Positions 8,785-18,465 of a stretch of 61,674 bases of DNA are shown one piece after another. The notes below the pieces were generated by a model, which saw only the letters and a list, made by a program, of their open reading frames with translations, made no database searches and was not told where the DNA came from. The translations under genes were made by a program, and so were the position numbers. This DNA comes from an uncultured delta proteobacterium (GTDB taxonomy: Bacteria > Desulfobacterota > RBG-13-43-22), in NCBI GenBank assembly GCA_963843145.1, contig CAWJJC010000004.1, positions 1 through 61,674 on the forward strand. Reading direction: 5' to 3'. Every line of letters begins with the position of its first letter. Position 1 is the first letter of the stretch.

Positions 8785-8892
8785 TTTTTCCGTCATCCGT
8801 CATCCGGTCTTTATCCGTCATCTGCCATCTGTCATCCGTCATCTGTCATCTGCCATCCGTCATCCGGTCTTTATCCGTCATCCGGTCTTTCC
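8785..8892. repeat. Heptamer tract between wza and the co-polymerase, ending in a four-helix-bundle-like start
   Basis: Minus strand ends ATGACGGAAAAAGATC, compare ATGACGGAACAGATC of copy 2; no ORF follows. Confidence 0.85.
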
Positions 8893-8911
8893 CCTCGAAC
8901 CCTTCTTTTCC

Positions 8912-9601
8912 CTACTGCGCCAAATTATAATAAAACCCGGAGCCAATCGGGATATTCTTCCGGATATACTGGTCCACCCACAAATTGACGTTGGCGATGG
9001 GGGACTTGGGGACATAGACGATGTCCGCCGGCAACAGCGGGATGTCCTGGGACGGGTCGCTGCCGTCGATCGCCTTTTCCACGTTGACCAGCATCGAGGC
9101 CGGGCGGTTATCCGGACCCCGGCGGACGATGATGATCTCGTTGACCCGGGCCGAGTCTTTCATCCCCCCGGCCGAGGCCAGGGACTGGAGAAGCGTCATC
9201 GGCCCGTTCAAGGGGACCAGGCCGGGTTTGGCCACTTCGCCGTCCACATACACCTTCTGGGCGGTGAAGGACCGGACGATGACGGCGATCTCCGGCTGGC
9301 TGATCTGGGGCGCGTATTTATCCCGGAGTTGCTGGCGCAGTTCTTCCGGGGTCAGGCCCGAGGCCTGGACCTCGTGGACCAATTGCAGGGAAATCCGCCC
9401 GTCCGGCCGGACAATCACCGACTCGTTCAACTCGGGGTGGTAGAAGAGCTTGATGTCCAAGGCATCACCCACCTGGATCTGGTAATCCCGCGGCGGGTCA
9501 GGCCGGGCGTTTAGCGCTCCCGACGTTTTGACCGCCGCCGCGCAGGAGGTGAACTGCAGAAAAATACCGAGTATCCAGAGCAGAACAAAGATCTTTTTCA
9601 T
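8912..9601 (-). CDS. wza: Polysaccharide export protein (short Wza/OPX lipoprotein)
   Basis: YQIQVGD, VRPDGRISL, VYVDGEV, DIVYVP. Confidence 0.9.
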   Translation of the reverse strand: MKKIFVLLWILGIFLQFTSCAAAVKTSGALNARPDPPRDYQIQVGDALDIKLFYHPELNESVIVRPDGRISLQLVHEVQASGLTPEELRQQLRDKYAPQISQPEIAVIVRSFTAQKVYVDGEVAKPGLVPLNGPMTLLQSLASAGGMKDSARVNEIIIVRRGPDNRPASMLVNVEKAIDGSDPSQDIPLLPADIVYVPKSPIANVNLWVDQYIRKNIPIGSGFYYNLAQ

Positions 9602-9799
9602 GCGTTGTCCTTTACTTTAGAAATGAGGAATTCTTAGATAATACCCTGATGCCCTCTATTTTCGCCATGGTCTGTGGGATGACCTGCCATGGGCCATAAC
9701 TTGTCAGGCTTATAGACTAATCGAACAAATAAATATTATACTTTAATATTTCTTGTTAATTCAATAAAAATCTTAGGCTTATCCCTACCTGGCCAATAA

Positions 9800-10158
9800 C
9801 GACAGAGAACGGATAAAGAACTGAGGACAGAGGACGGAGGACAGAGGACGGAGGACGGAGGACGGAGGACGGAGGACGGAGGACGGAGGACGGAGGACGG
9901 AGGACGGAGGACAGGAGGACGGAGGACGGAGGACGGAGGACGGAGGACGGAGGACGGAGGACGGAGGACAGAGGACGGAGGACAGAGGACGGAGGACAGA
10001 GGACGGAGGACAGAGGACAGAGGACAGAGGACGGAGGACGGAGGGCAGAGGACAGAGGACGGAGGACGGAGGACGGAGGACGGAGGACAGAGGACGGAGG
10101 ACGGAGGACGGAGGACGGAGGACGGAGGACGGAGGACAGAGGACGGAGGACAGACAGA
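9800..10158. repeat. Long, almost pure GACGGAG/GACAGAG heptamer tract
   Basis: More than 40 units; + strand lacks T over most of the tract. Confidence 0.97.
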
Positions 10159-10342
10159 AATCGGGGCCTCAGAATTCATCGGTCCCTGTTTGTAAATTAT
10201 TCTATTAAAGTGCCTTTATATTCGTCCGATAATAAAAAAGCGAAGCCCTTAGAGGAAGAAAATAAAAAGGGTAGCCGGTAAAGGGTTGCCTTTTGGCACT
10301 CTTTAGGCTACCTTCTTATAAATTTTTGATCTGGGAGGTTAT

Positions 10343-11059
10343 ATGAAAAGATTCATTATCGGGTTGATCACTTTATCGGCTGTTCTTTCCTTTGGCTTGG
10401 CCGAGGCTCAGGATAAGCCCCGCCTCGGGGTGCTGCGGTTCACCAACCAGACCCATGCCGGCTGGTGGCGGGGGAACATGGGCTACGACCTCCAGGACAT
10501 GCTGGTGAATGAACTGGCCTCCACCAAGGCCTTTCAGGTGCTGGAACGGAAAGAGATCAATGCCGTCATCGGAGAGCAGGATCTGGGGGCTTCCGGGCGG
10601 ATCGATCCCCGGACCAGGGCCAAGATCGGTAAGATTAAGGGAGCCAAATATCTGGTGGCAGCCACCGTGTCCGCTTACGAGGAGGACACCAAGGGCACCG
10701 GCGGTGGGATCGGCATCATGGGTTTTCGGGTAGGAGGAAAACAGGAAAAGGCCTATATGGCCGTGGACCTGAAAATAATCGACACCGATACCGGGGAAAT
10801 CGCCGACAGCCGGACCGTGGAGGCCACCTCGGAGTCCAGCGGATTCACCCTGGGGGCACACCTCGGTATCTTATCCGGCGACCTGGGGAAATACGAGAAA
10901 ACCCCTGCGGGCAAAGCGATCCGAGCCTGCATCATCGAAATTTCGGATTATCTGGTCTGCTCGCTGACCAAGGGAAAAAATGATCCCTGCCTGGACGCCT
11001 ACAACCAGAAGGAGTCCAACCGACGGGAAAAGACCAAGGATTCGATCAAATTGGAGTAA
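10343..11059 (+). CDS. CsgG/HfaB-family exported protein
   Basis: Signal peptide; FQVLERKEINAVIGEQ, AKIGKIKGAKYL, VDLKIIDTDTGEI. Confidence 0.85.
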   Translation: MKRFIIGLITLSAVLSFGLAEAQDKPRLGVLRFTNQTHAGWWRGNMGYDLQDMLVNELASTKAFQVLERKEINAVIGEQDLGASGRIDPRTRAKIGKIKGAKYLVAATVSAYEEDTKGTGGGIGIMGFRVGGKQEKAYMAVDLKIIDTDTGEIADSRTVEATSESSGFTLGAHLGILSGDLGKYEKTPAGKAIRACIIEISDYLVCSLTKGKNDPCLDAYNQKESNRREKTKDSIKLE

Positions 11060-11173
11060 CAGAAGCAAGGGCTATACCGGGCACTGGATAGAGGACCAAT
11101 AAATCCGAAATCAGAAACAAGCACGAAGGTCCAAAATTCAAATGATCAAAACAATTTCTTTCGATGTAAAAAT

Positions 11174-11407
11174 TTGATGAGTTCGCAAAAAGTCGTCACC
11201 CCGGTGAAAACCGGGGTCCAGTGAATTGATAACTACCTGAATCTACTGGATTCCGACTTTCGTCGGAATGACGTAAACGGTCTTTCGGTGACTATTTGCG
11301 AAACCATCAATTTGATGGTTTCGCAAATAGTCAAAAAACAGTCATTGCGAGGAGCGAAGCGAAGCAATCCCCCCCATGGTAACCGGCTGATTCTTGGGGA
11401 TTGCTTA
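11174..11407. mobile_element. Nested MITE-like elements (ends TTGATGAGTTCGCAAAAAGTC / GACTATTTGCGAAACCATCAA) containing REP-like palindromes
   Basis: Inverted ends at 11174 and 11310; a second left end at 11312; internal GTCACCCCGG..CCGGGGTCCA and GGATTCCGAC..GTCGGAATGAC. Confidence 0.7.
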
Positions 11408-11692
11408 GACCCTTCGAAATCCTCCACGCGGCCTGATGACCTTCACCGAACATAGCAGGCTTGATCATTCCGAGTCTGATTTCGGGCGATGGCCCTTAGA
11501 AAATCAGAAACAGGGGCCGTCAGGCTAATAGCCGAGATCGCCGGCCTCGACCACCTCTTTTGGAAATTGCTGGTCTTTCTGATGGACCCGGCTCCACAGT
11601 AATCTGCTTAATCTTTTTTGTTTGTTTAAACACTTCGTAATCGCAAGGCCACCCAAATCATTCCGGCAACCGGGGTGTCGTTTAGTCGGGCT

Positions 11693-12811
11693 TCAAGGGA
11701 CAGGTCCCCGAGGCGAATCCGAATCCGCTTCTCCATCGTCTCTTCCTTCCAAGATGTCCGGGTTATGTCCGGCTAAACCCAGGGCCAAACGGGTGTCTCC
11801 GATTTCTGCCAGTTCTTTCTTCCAACCCTGCTGGCGAATAAAATTCCGGTGGGGTTTAAAGGGCCGACCTAATCCCTGAGGGGAGTCCCCCGCGAAAGAA
11901 ATCTTTTCCTTGGGTAGGGCACTCCGGGCTTCGGTCAGAAAGGTCAAGTAGCCGATATCCTCCGGATTAAACCCCATCAGTCGGGCGGTTACCCGGTCGA
12001 CCATCAAAGGGTTCACCCCGGCTAAAGCCCAATCCAGGGAAATGGAATCGCCGTGAACCGGCCCGTCTCCCTCCATCCCTTCAAAACCATCGATAACGGC
12101 CAAGTGGGGCGGGATCAAGGCGGATAACTGGAACAGGAACAAGTTAAGATTTAAATATCCTTGGTGCAGTTTGACCTTGTCACTTCCCAAAAATCGGGTC
12201 CCGAAGAGCCGGTTCAGGTTCTCAAAGGAAAAGAGGTCCCGGAATCTCCCCGGCATCCATTGAGTCAGCCAGTGGAAGGGTCTCCAGAAAACGGCTAAGG
12301 AGGAAAGGCGGGGGCTGCGAATCAAGCTCCCGACCAGCATATTTTTTATGGCCAGGGTGACCCCCACCGTATCATGGGTTTTGGGAGGGGTGACCGAGAT
12401 CCGCAGATCACTCCGTAAGATGGTCTGGGCGATACGGAAAGGGTGACTGTTACCGTTCTTATCTTTCAGCGAGACGGTCTCAAAGATGTCCCGGTTCAGA
12501 TCTACGAATTCTAAATTAGAGTATTCCTTTTTCAGGTCCAGATAGCCGAAGTTCCGGAATCCCTCGAAGGTATCCCCCAGGGCCGCGCCTTCGGCGATCT
12601 TAATGGTGGCTTTCGACCGTTCCTGCAGGAAATCAATGACCGCCCGAACCGCGTCGACATGGGTGGCGGCCGGTTGATTAGTGGTAGACACAAAATTAGG
12701 TTTGATGACTATTCGATTTCCCGAGGGAAATTCGTCCTCCAGGGCTTCCAGGGCGGCCCGGATATTTTCATACCGGCCCCGGCCTTGGATTAATCCGATC
12801 TTAACAGGCAC
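11693..12811 (-). CDS. DUF362-domain protein
   Basis: IVIKPN, KTH, TLAIKN, VIDGFEGMEGDGP. Confidence 0.85.
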   Translation of the reverse strand: MPVKIGLIQGRGRYENIRAALEALEDEFPSGNRIVIKPNFVSTTNQPAATHVDAVRAVIDFLQERSKATIKIAEGAALGDTFEGFRNFGYLDLKKEYSNLEFVDLNRDIFETVSLKDKNGNSHPFRIAQTILRSDLRISVTPPKTHDTVGVTLAIKNMLVGSLIRSPRLSSLAVFWRPFHWLTQWMPGRFRDLFSFENLNRLFGTRFLGSDKVKLHQGYLNLNLFLFQLSALIPPHLAVIDGFEGMEGDGPVHGDSISLDWALAGVNPLMVDRVTARLMGFNPEDIGYLTFLTEARSALPKEKISFAGDSPQGLGRPFKPHRNFIRQQGWKKELAEIGDTRLALGLAGHNPDILEGRDDGEADSDSPRGPVP

Positions 12812-13073
12812 TGTTTTCCCCCCCCTCCCCCCGCAAGTGGCCCGGGGGAGGTAACATCCCGCTCAAAGTCCAGGTATCCTGTCCCGGACGATAGCCTAAA
12901 AGATAAATTCTTTGATCATCGGCCAATACTTTGAAATAATGCGTATCTTCCCCATACCAGCGATCTATCATTTTTTCTACCCGGTAGTTCTTTCCTCTGA
13001 TTTGAAAACCCAGGGGTCGTTCCGGGTACCGGTAACCGGCATAACATTCAACGACAATTTGAATTTCGGACAT
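12801..13073 (-). CDS. Conserved small hypothetical protein
   Basis: VECYAGYR.PERP, DRWYGED..YFKV. Confidence 0.75.
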   Translation of the reverse strand: MSEIQIVVECYAGYRYPERPLGFQIRGKNYRVEKMIDRWYGEDTHYFKVLADDQRIYLLGYRPGQDTWTLSGMLPPPGHLRGEGGENSAC

Positions 13074-13220
13074 AGGTCTTGGGAAAGGGAAAACCCTTGA
13101 CTTACCTTTTTAAGTTATGTTAAGGATACAAGGCAACATAAAATTGCTAATCTATATTTAACTTATTGAATTAAATACATAATAAGAAAAGAATCATTCC
13201 CGTCAAGAAAGGAGTATTTT

Positions 13221-14372
13221 ATGTCAATAACCCCCTTTATGGAAGTCAACCAGGCTATCGCGGCCATGGGTGGAGATACCTTAAACCAATGCATGCAGTG
13301 CGGCCTGTGCGCCGGATTATGCCCCTGGGGACGCGTGGTGGAAGGCTCCCCTTTCGTGGTCCGCAAGCTGATCCGCATGGGTCAACTGGGCATGGAGGGC
13401 TTCGAGTCGGATGAAATTTTGTATGCCTGCACGACCTGCAACCTCTGTGTGCGCAATTGTCCCCGTCAGGTGAAGATCATCGATGTGATCCGTTCCATGC
13501 GGGCCATGATCGCCGAAACCGGGGCCATCCCTCAGAACCTGCGCCCCATTCTGGGCAGCGTGCACGCCAACGGCAATCCCTGGGCGGAGGACAAAGAGAA
13601 ACGAATGAACTGGACTCAGGGCCTGGAGGTGCCCACATTCGGGCCGGATACGGAATATTTCCTCTTTGTCTGCTGCACCTCGGCCTATGACCAACGAAGC
13701 CAGAAAATCGCTCGGGCAATCGTGGAGCTTTTAAAGGCTGCCGGGGTCAGTTTTGGAATCATCGGCAATGAGGAATCCTGCTGCGGGGAATCGGTCCGCA
13801 AGATCGGGGACGAGACCCTGTTTTCCAAACTGGCCGAGAAGAACATTGCCTTGTTTCAAGGAAAAGGGGTAAAAAAAATCATCACTACTTCCCCACACTG
13901 CTTCACTACTTTCACCAAAGATTACAAGGAGCTGGGAGCAGAATTTGAAGTGCAGCATTATTCCCTCTTCTTGAACCAATTGGTCAAGGAAGGAAAACTG
14001 ACCCCCAAAAACGCCCTCAATAAAAAAGTAGTTTATCACGACCCCTGCTACCTGGGCCGGCACAACGAAGTGTTCGAACAACCCCGGGAGCTCATCCAAG
14101 CCATCCCCGGCGCGGAATTAGTCGAATTTGGACAAAATAGAGGGACCAGCCTCTGCTGCGGCGGGGGCGGAGGCCGCCTGTGGATGGAGACCAAGCCCGA
14201 ACAGCGCTTCTCGGATATAAAAGTGAGGGAGGCCGCTGAAAAAGGGGCGGATATCTTAGCCACCGCCTGTCCCTACTGCATCTCGCTTTTCGAAGACAGC
14301 CGCAAGGGCACCGGCCATGAGGAACAACTGGAAATAAAGGATATTACCGAACTGCTCCAGGCGGCATTGTAA
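13221..14372 (+). CDS. Heterodisulfide-reductase-related Fe-S protein (HdrC/HdrD-GlpC type)
   Basis: Two CxxCxxCxxxCP motifs; CCG domains (SCCGE, YHDPC, CCGGGGG, TACPYC). Confidence 0.9.
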   Translation: MSITPFMEVNQAIAAMGGDTLNQCMQCGLCAGLCPWGRVVEGSPFVVRKLIRMGQLGMEGFESDEILYACTTCNLCVRNCPRQVKIIDVIRSMRAMIAETGAIPQNLRPILGSVHANGNPWAEDKEKRMNWTQGLEVPTFGPDTEYFLFVCCTSAYDQRSQKIARAIVELLKAAGVSFGIIGNEESCCGESVRKIGDETLFSKLAEKNIALFQGKGVKKIITTSPHCFTTFTKDYKELGAEFEVQHYSLFLNQLVKEGKLTPKNALNKKVVYHDPCYLGRHNEVFEQPRELIQAIPGAELVEFGQNRGTSLCCGGGGGRLWMETKPEQRFSDIKVREAAEKGADILATACPYCISLFEDSRKGTGHEEQLEIKDITELLQAAL

Positions 14373-14426
14373 GTTATTAGCAGTCTCATAATCGGAGCAA
14401 CATTTTTCCTCATCCCTGATTAATGT

Positions 14427-14540
14427 CTGGACCCCGGCTTTCGCCGGGGTGACGACCTCTGGGAGGCTCTTTTTGACCGTCATTCCGGCGAACGCCGGAA
14501 TCCAGACCTCAAGATGTAGTTTCTAGAATGAGACTCTTAA
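14427..14540. repeat. REP-like palindrome pair; the right part is shared with 57092-57153
   Basis: GGACCCCGGCTTTCGCCGGGGTGAC; GTCATTCCGGCGAACGCCGGAATCCAGACCTC. Confidence 0.8.
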
Positions 14541-14560
14541 TTATAATAAGTCCCCCTTAC

Positions 14561-14601
14561 AAAAAGGCCAAATCGGGTGATCCCGATTTGGCCTTTTTTT
14601 T
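14561..14601. terminator. Bidirectional rho-independent terminator
   Basis: AAAAGGCCAAATCGGG-tgat-CCCGATTTGGCCTTTT between convergent genes. Confidence 0.8.
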
Positions 14602-14620
14602 CGGTTGGTATTCGGACGAT

Positions 14621-15100
14621 TTATTCACAAATTTTTTTGATCTCCTCCCGCGCCAGGGTCCCATCCTGATAAACGCGTTCCTGCACCAGGGAACAACGAT
14701 CTTTTTCTTCCTCTTTCAAAACCTGAACCTCCAGACGCTGAAAGCCGTCGGTGGTCAAATAAACCATGGGCGTCTTATTGCGGATGGCCTCTTCGGCAGC
14801 GCGCCGACCGATATCGCCGACGTTTCCTTTTATCGGCGCTCCGAAGGCGCCGCCCAGGGCCATACCCCGCCAGCTTTTTTCCTGATCCAGCAGGTTCCCG
14901 GTATCCAGGGTTACCCCCGGGCCTTTAGGGGAATGGTCCCCCTCCATTCCGGCGCAACCACTAAAAAAAAGGGATATCCCCATTAGCAGCGGGAGCCAGA
15001 AATGACGGATTCGCCGGACGTCCGCCAGGCTGTCAGGACGAGGAATGAAGCGAATCTGCGAACACCTCAAGAGGTGCCGACTGTCTGTCTTTTTGTTCAT
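14621..15100 (-). CDS. Probable glycine-zipper lipoprotein (start probably further downstream)
   Basis: FSGC lipobox; WRGMALGGAFGA. Confidence 0.6.
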   Translation of the reverse strand: MNKKTDSRHLLRCSQIRFIPRPDSLADVRRIRHFWLPLLMGISLFFSGCAGMEGDHSPKGPGVTLDTGNLLDQEKSWRGMALGGAFGAPIKGNVGDIGRRAAEEAIRNKTPMVYLTTDGFQRLEVQVLKEEEKDRCSLVQERVYQDGTLAREEIKKICE

Positions 15101-15114
15101 TGAACCTGCCGGAC

Positions 15115-15783
15115 CTATTGCTTAGGTATCCTGCCTTTCTGAAACTGCTTCATCATGTTCCGCACGTCGCCGCCCATACCGATCAATTCCGGCATACTGT
15201 TGACTTTCTTGTAGTCCTTGGGCACTTCAAACATGGCCGCCGTGGCCCCGCCTACCTTAATCTCCTTCATTTCACTGACCATCTTACCGCTCCCCCCCGC
15301 CTTTTGCATGGCCTCGACCAAGATCTCGGTCCGGATCGGCAACCCCCCTAAATCCTGGGCTTCCCAGATAGTCCCCTTGAATTTCTGGGTGGGGGTTTCT
15401 TTATGATAAAAAGTCATCTCCGACTTAATACAGGGATGCCCGTCCACCGTTTCAGATCCCAGTTTCTTTTTCTCCATGACCACATTGGGATCATAAACGG
15501 ACGGAGCTTCGTTCCGCTTTGTTTGGACTTGCTCGTAATAGCTTTTGGACTGGGGATTAATCATGAAGGTCTTGTGGGTCCCTGCATCGGTGACCGTGTA
15601 AACATCCTGCAGCATCCCTGTCTGAATCCGGCTTTTAAGACCCATTTTGGCCATCGGCATGGCCAGGCCGTTGACCACCATCTTGGTGGTGAAGTTGTCC
15701 GGCGGCGCCGCCAAAACGGAACCGCTGAAAAGAACGACGGTTAAAAAACAAAATGCCGTTACCGTGAAAACGTATTTCTTCAT
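15115..15783 (-). CDS. Exported DUF4412-like protein
   Basis: Signal peptide MKKYVF; GSETVDGHPC; FEVPKDY; AAGGAGG RBS. Confidence 0.75.
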   Translation of the reverse strand: MKKYVFTVTAFCFLTVVLFSGSVLAAPPDNFTTKMVVNGLAMPMAKMGLKSRIQTGMLQDVYTVTDAGTHKTFMINPQSKSYYEQVQTKRNEAPSVYDPNVVMEKKKLGSETVDGHPCIKSEMTFYHKETPTQKFKGTIWEAQDLGGLPIRTEILVEAMQKAGGSGKMVSEMKEIKVGGATAAMFEVPKDYKKVNSMPELIGMGGDVRNMMKQFQKGRIPKQ

Positions 15784-15869
15784 AACTGTGTTTTCCTCCT
15801 TAATTTTAGTAACCATTGTCAGAGACAAATTCTCAGAACATATGGATGTAAGAATCTGAGTTGATGCCT

Positions 15870-16484
15870 TTAGGGCTGGTTTTGCGGATCCCGGTGCTGT
15901 CCGCTTTCGATCCGTTCGCTCAGGGCCTGCCATAATTCCCGCTGGCCCTGTTGGCTGCGGGTGGAAAAATAAAGCGCCGCCTGTTCCCCCCAATCCATTT
16001 GTCGATTTATTGCTTTAGCGGCCTCCCCCCATTTCCCCCGAGTGATCTTATCCGCTTTGGTGAGCACCACCAGGGGACCAATCCCTAATTTTTTGGCCAA
16101 ATGAAAAAAAAACTGATCCTCTTCACTGGGCGAACGGCGGATATCCAACAACAACACCAAAAGAATTATGTTCCGTCGGAATTGCAGATAATCCATCATG
16201 GCCTGCTGATAGGCCCGGATGACGGTCTTGGAGGCCTGGGAATACCCATAGCCCGGTAAATCCACGAAGACCAGGTCCTCATTAATCAAGAAAAAATTCA
16301 AGGTCTGGGTCTGACCGGGGGTCCGGCTGGTTCGGACTAAATGCTTTCGACCCAGCAAGGTATTGATCAGGGACGATTTGCCCACATTGGAACGTCCGGC
16401 AAAGGCAATTTCCGGATGGGGAAGAAGGGGGAAATCTTCCGCTTTTAGTCCGCTTTTGAGAAAAACCGCCGAACGGATGATCAT
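15870..16484 (-). CDS. engB: Ribosome-biogenesis GTPase EngB/YihA
   Basis: GRSNVGKS, DLPGYG, TKAD. Confidence 0.95.
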   Translation of the reverse strand: MIIRSAVFLKSGLKAEDFPLLPHPEIAFAGRSNVGKSSLINTLLGRKHLVRTSRTPGQTQTLNFFLINEDLVFVDLPGYGYSQASKTVIRAYQQAMMDYLQFRRNIILLVLLLDIRRSPSEEDQFFFHLAKKLGIGPLVVLTKADKITRGKWGEAAKAINRQMDWGEQAALYFSTRSQQGQRELWQALSERIESGQHRDPQNQP

Positions 16485-17665
16485 GACATCTCCAGGTAGC
16501 GCTTCTCGCCCACATAATCGGCCAGACGCCGCAGGCCTTCTTCGATCTGCTCCAGGGAATTGGCGTAGGTAAAACGCAGGTAGCCTTCACCGCCCGATCC
16601 GAAATCAATCCCCGGGGACACCCCGACTTTGGCTTTATGCAGGATATCAAAGGCCAGGCGATAGGAATCCGTTTGGAACTTCTTGGCGTTGGCCAGGACA
16701 TAAAAAGCTCCGGTAGGTTCCACTGCCAACCCGAAGCCGATTTCCTTCAGCCGGCGGATCATGAACTTTCGGCGGACGTCATAGGTTTCCCGCATTCGAG
16801 CCACATCCGCCTGGGCCTGGGTCAAGGCGGCGATCCCGGCCCATTGGGCCATGGCGTTGGCCGAGATAAAAAAGTTTTGATGGATCTTCTGGAGCGGCCG
16901 CACGAAGGCCTTGGGGGCAATCAGGTACCCCAGCCGCCAACCGGTCATGGCGTAAAGCTTGGAAAAACCGTTAAGGACGAAGGCCCGGTCGGTAAACTCC
17001 AGGATGGAATGCTCCTGCCCTTCGTAGACCAGGCCGTGATAGATTTCATCGGAAACGATGACGGGAGTGAACCGGGCCAATTCCTCCATTCGGGAGGCTG
17101 AAAGCAAGGTGCCCGTAGGGTTGGCCGGAGAATTAATAAAGATCCCCTTGGTTTTGGGTCCGATCCGTTTCTTCACCTCTTCCGGATAAAACTGAAATCC
17201 CTCTTCCTCCCGGACCGGGACCAGGATCGGCTGCCCTTGGGCAAAACGGATGAAATTGGGATAACAGGCATAGTGGGGGTTGGAGACAATCACCTCTTCC
17301 CCCGGTTCCAGCAGCGCTGAAAAAACCATGAACATGGCCGGTGAAGTGCCGGAAGTCACGATCACCTGTTCCGGCGACACTTCCACTCGGTACCGTTGCC
17401 GGTAATGGGCGCAGATGGCCTCCCGCAATTCCAGCAACCCCAGGCTGTGGGTGTAATGGGTCTTGCCTTCCCTGATCGCCCGGATACCGGCTTCCTTGAT
17501 ACACTCCGGGGTATCAAAATCCGGTTCTCCCACTTCCAGATGGATGATCTGTTCGCCCGACCTTTCCAGGGCCTGGGCGGCTTCCAGAACATCCATGACG
17601 ATAAAGGGCGTGATTTCCCGGGCCCGCAGTGAAACCGAATCGGGGGCGGAGTGTTTCGAACTCAT
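16481..17665 (-). CDS. PLP-dependent aminotransferase class I/II
   Basis: GEPDF, NPTG, DEIY, SKLYAMTGWRLG. Confidence 0.93.
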   Translation of the reverse strand: MSSKHSAPDSVSLRAREITPFIVMDVLEAAQALERSGEQIIHLEVGEPDFDTPECIKEAGIRAIREGKTHYTHSLGLLELREAICAHYRQRYRVEVSPEQVIVTSGTSPAMFMVFSALLEPGEEVIVSNPHYACYPNFIRFAQGQPILVPVREEEGFQFYPEEVKKRIGPKTKGIFINSPANPTGTLLSASRMEELARFTPVIVSDEIYHGLVYEGQEHSILEFTDRAFVLNGFSKLYAMTGWRLGYLIAPKAFVRPLQKIHQNFFISANAMAQWAGIAALTQAQADVARMRETYDVRRKFMIRRLKEIGFGLAVEPTGAFYVLANAKKFQTDSYRLAFDILHKAKVGVSPGIDFGSGGEGYLRFTYANSLEQIEEGLRRLADYVGEKRYLEMS

Positions 17666-18465
17666 TCTAACTCCTTCAAACGCTCGTTGGCTTTCCTGGC
17701 CAGTTCCGAACCGGGGACCAGTTGGACCACCTCCTGGAAGGCCAGTCGGGCCAGCGATTTTTCGTTCAAACGGACCAGAACTTCCCCGAATTCAAAGTGC
17801 CCCGGGGCATAGCGGGGGGCATATTCGATGGCCTTTTTTAAGGCCTCGGCCGCCTGCTTCCAGTTCTCCACCGCTTTCCAGGTCAGACCCATACCATAAT
17901 AGGCCAAGCTATATCGAGGAGATAGTTTCAGGGCCTCGGTGTAATTGGCCCGGGCCTTCTCATAATCCTTAAGCGCCAGGTAGGCCTGCCCCAAATTATA
18001 ATAGGCAAACTGCGGGGTGGTATAAACCGGACTTTCGAGCGCCCGGTTGAACTCCCGGATAGCCTCCTGGATTTTACCGGTTCTCAAATAGGCGATCCCC
18101 AGATTATTTCGGACCTCGACGTATTTAGGATCCAGGGACAAGGCCTTCTGAAACTGTTCGGCGGCCTGAACCGCCATGCCCTTCTCCAAATAAACCACCC
18201 CCAGAAGATTATGGATCCGCGGCTCATCCGGATCCAATTCCGCGGCTTTCAACAGTTCCCCCAGGGCCTGGGTGGGCTTGCCTTCCTGAATCAGGGAATC
18301 CCCCAGACGCATATGGCTCACGGCTTCTTCTTTTCGCTGGGGAGAGCTCTGGCATCCTAAACAGAGCACTCCGACCAGCAACCAAAGCATCCCGCTGGAC
18401 CAGCCGCTGCGGATCTTCTTTATCGCCTTCGACATCGTTTTATTCTTTTTAAAAAGCAGGATCAA
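17662..18465 (-). CDS. TPR lipoprotein (PilF/PilW-like); start uncertain
   Basis: LGC lipobox and TPR repeats ([15 protein letters not shown]). Confidence 0.8.
   Translation of the reverse strand: MILLFKKNKTMSKAIKKIRSGWSSGMLWLLVGVLCLGCQSSPQRKEEAVSHMRLGDSLIQEGKPTQALGELLKAAELDPDEPRIHNLLGVVYLEKGMAVQAAEQFQKALSLDPKYVEVRNNLGIAYLRTGKIQEAIREFNRALESPVYTTPQFAYYNLGQAYLALKDYEKARANYTEALKLSPRYSLAYYGMGLTWKAVENWKQAAEALKKAIEYAPRYAPGHFEFGEVLVRLNEKSLARLAFQEVVQLVPGSELARKANERLKELE

Noticed and set aside
10294-10308. Sigma54 promoter TGGCAC-N-GC before the csgG-like gene
   Set aside because: GG-N10-GC spacing fits, but the -12 element is AGGC rather than TTGC; too weak to call
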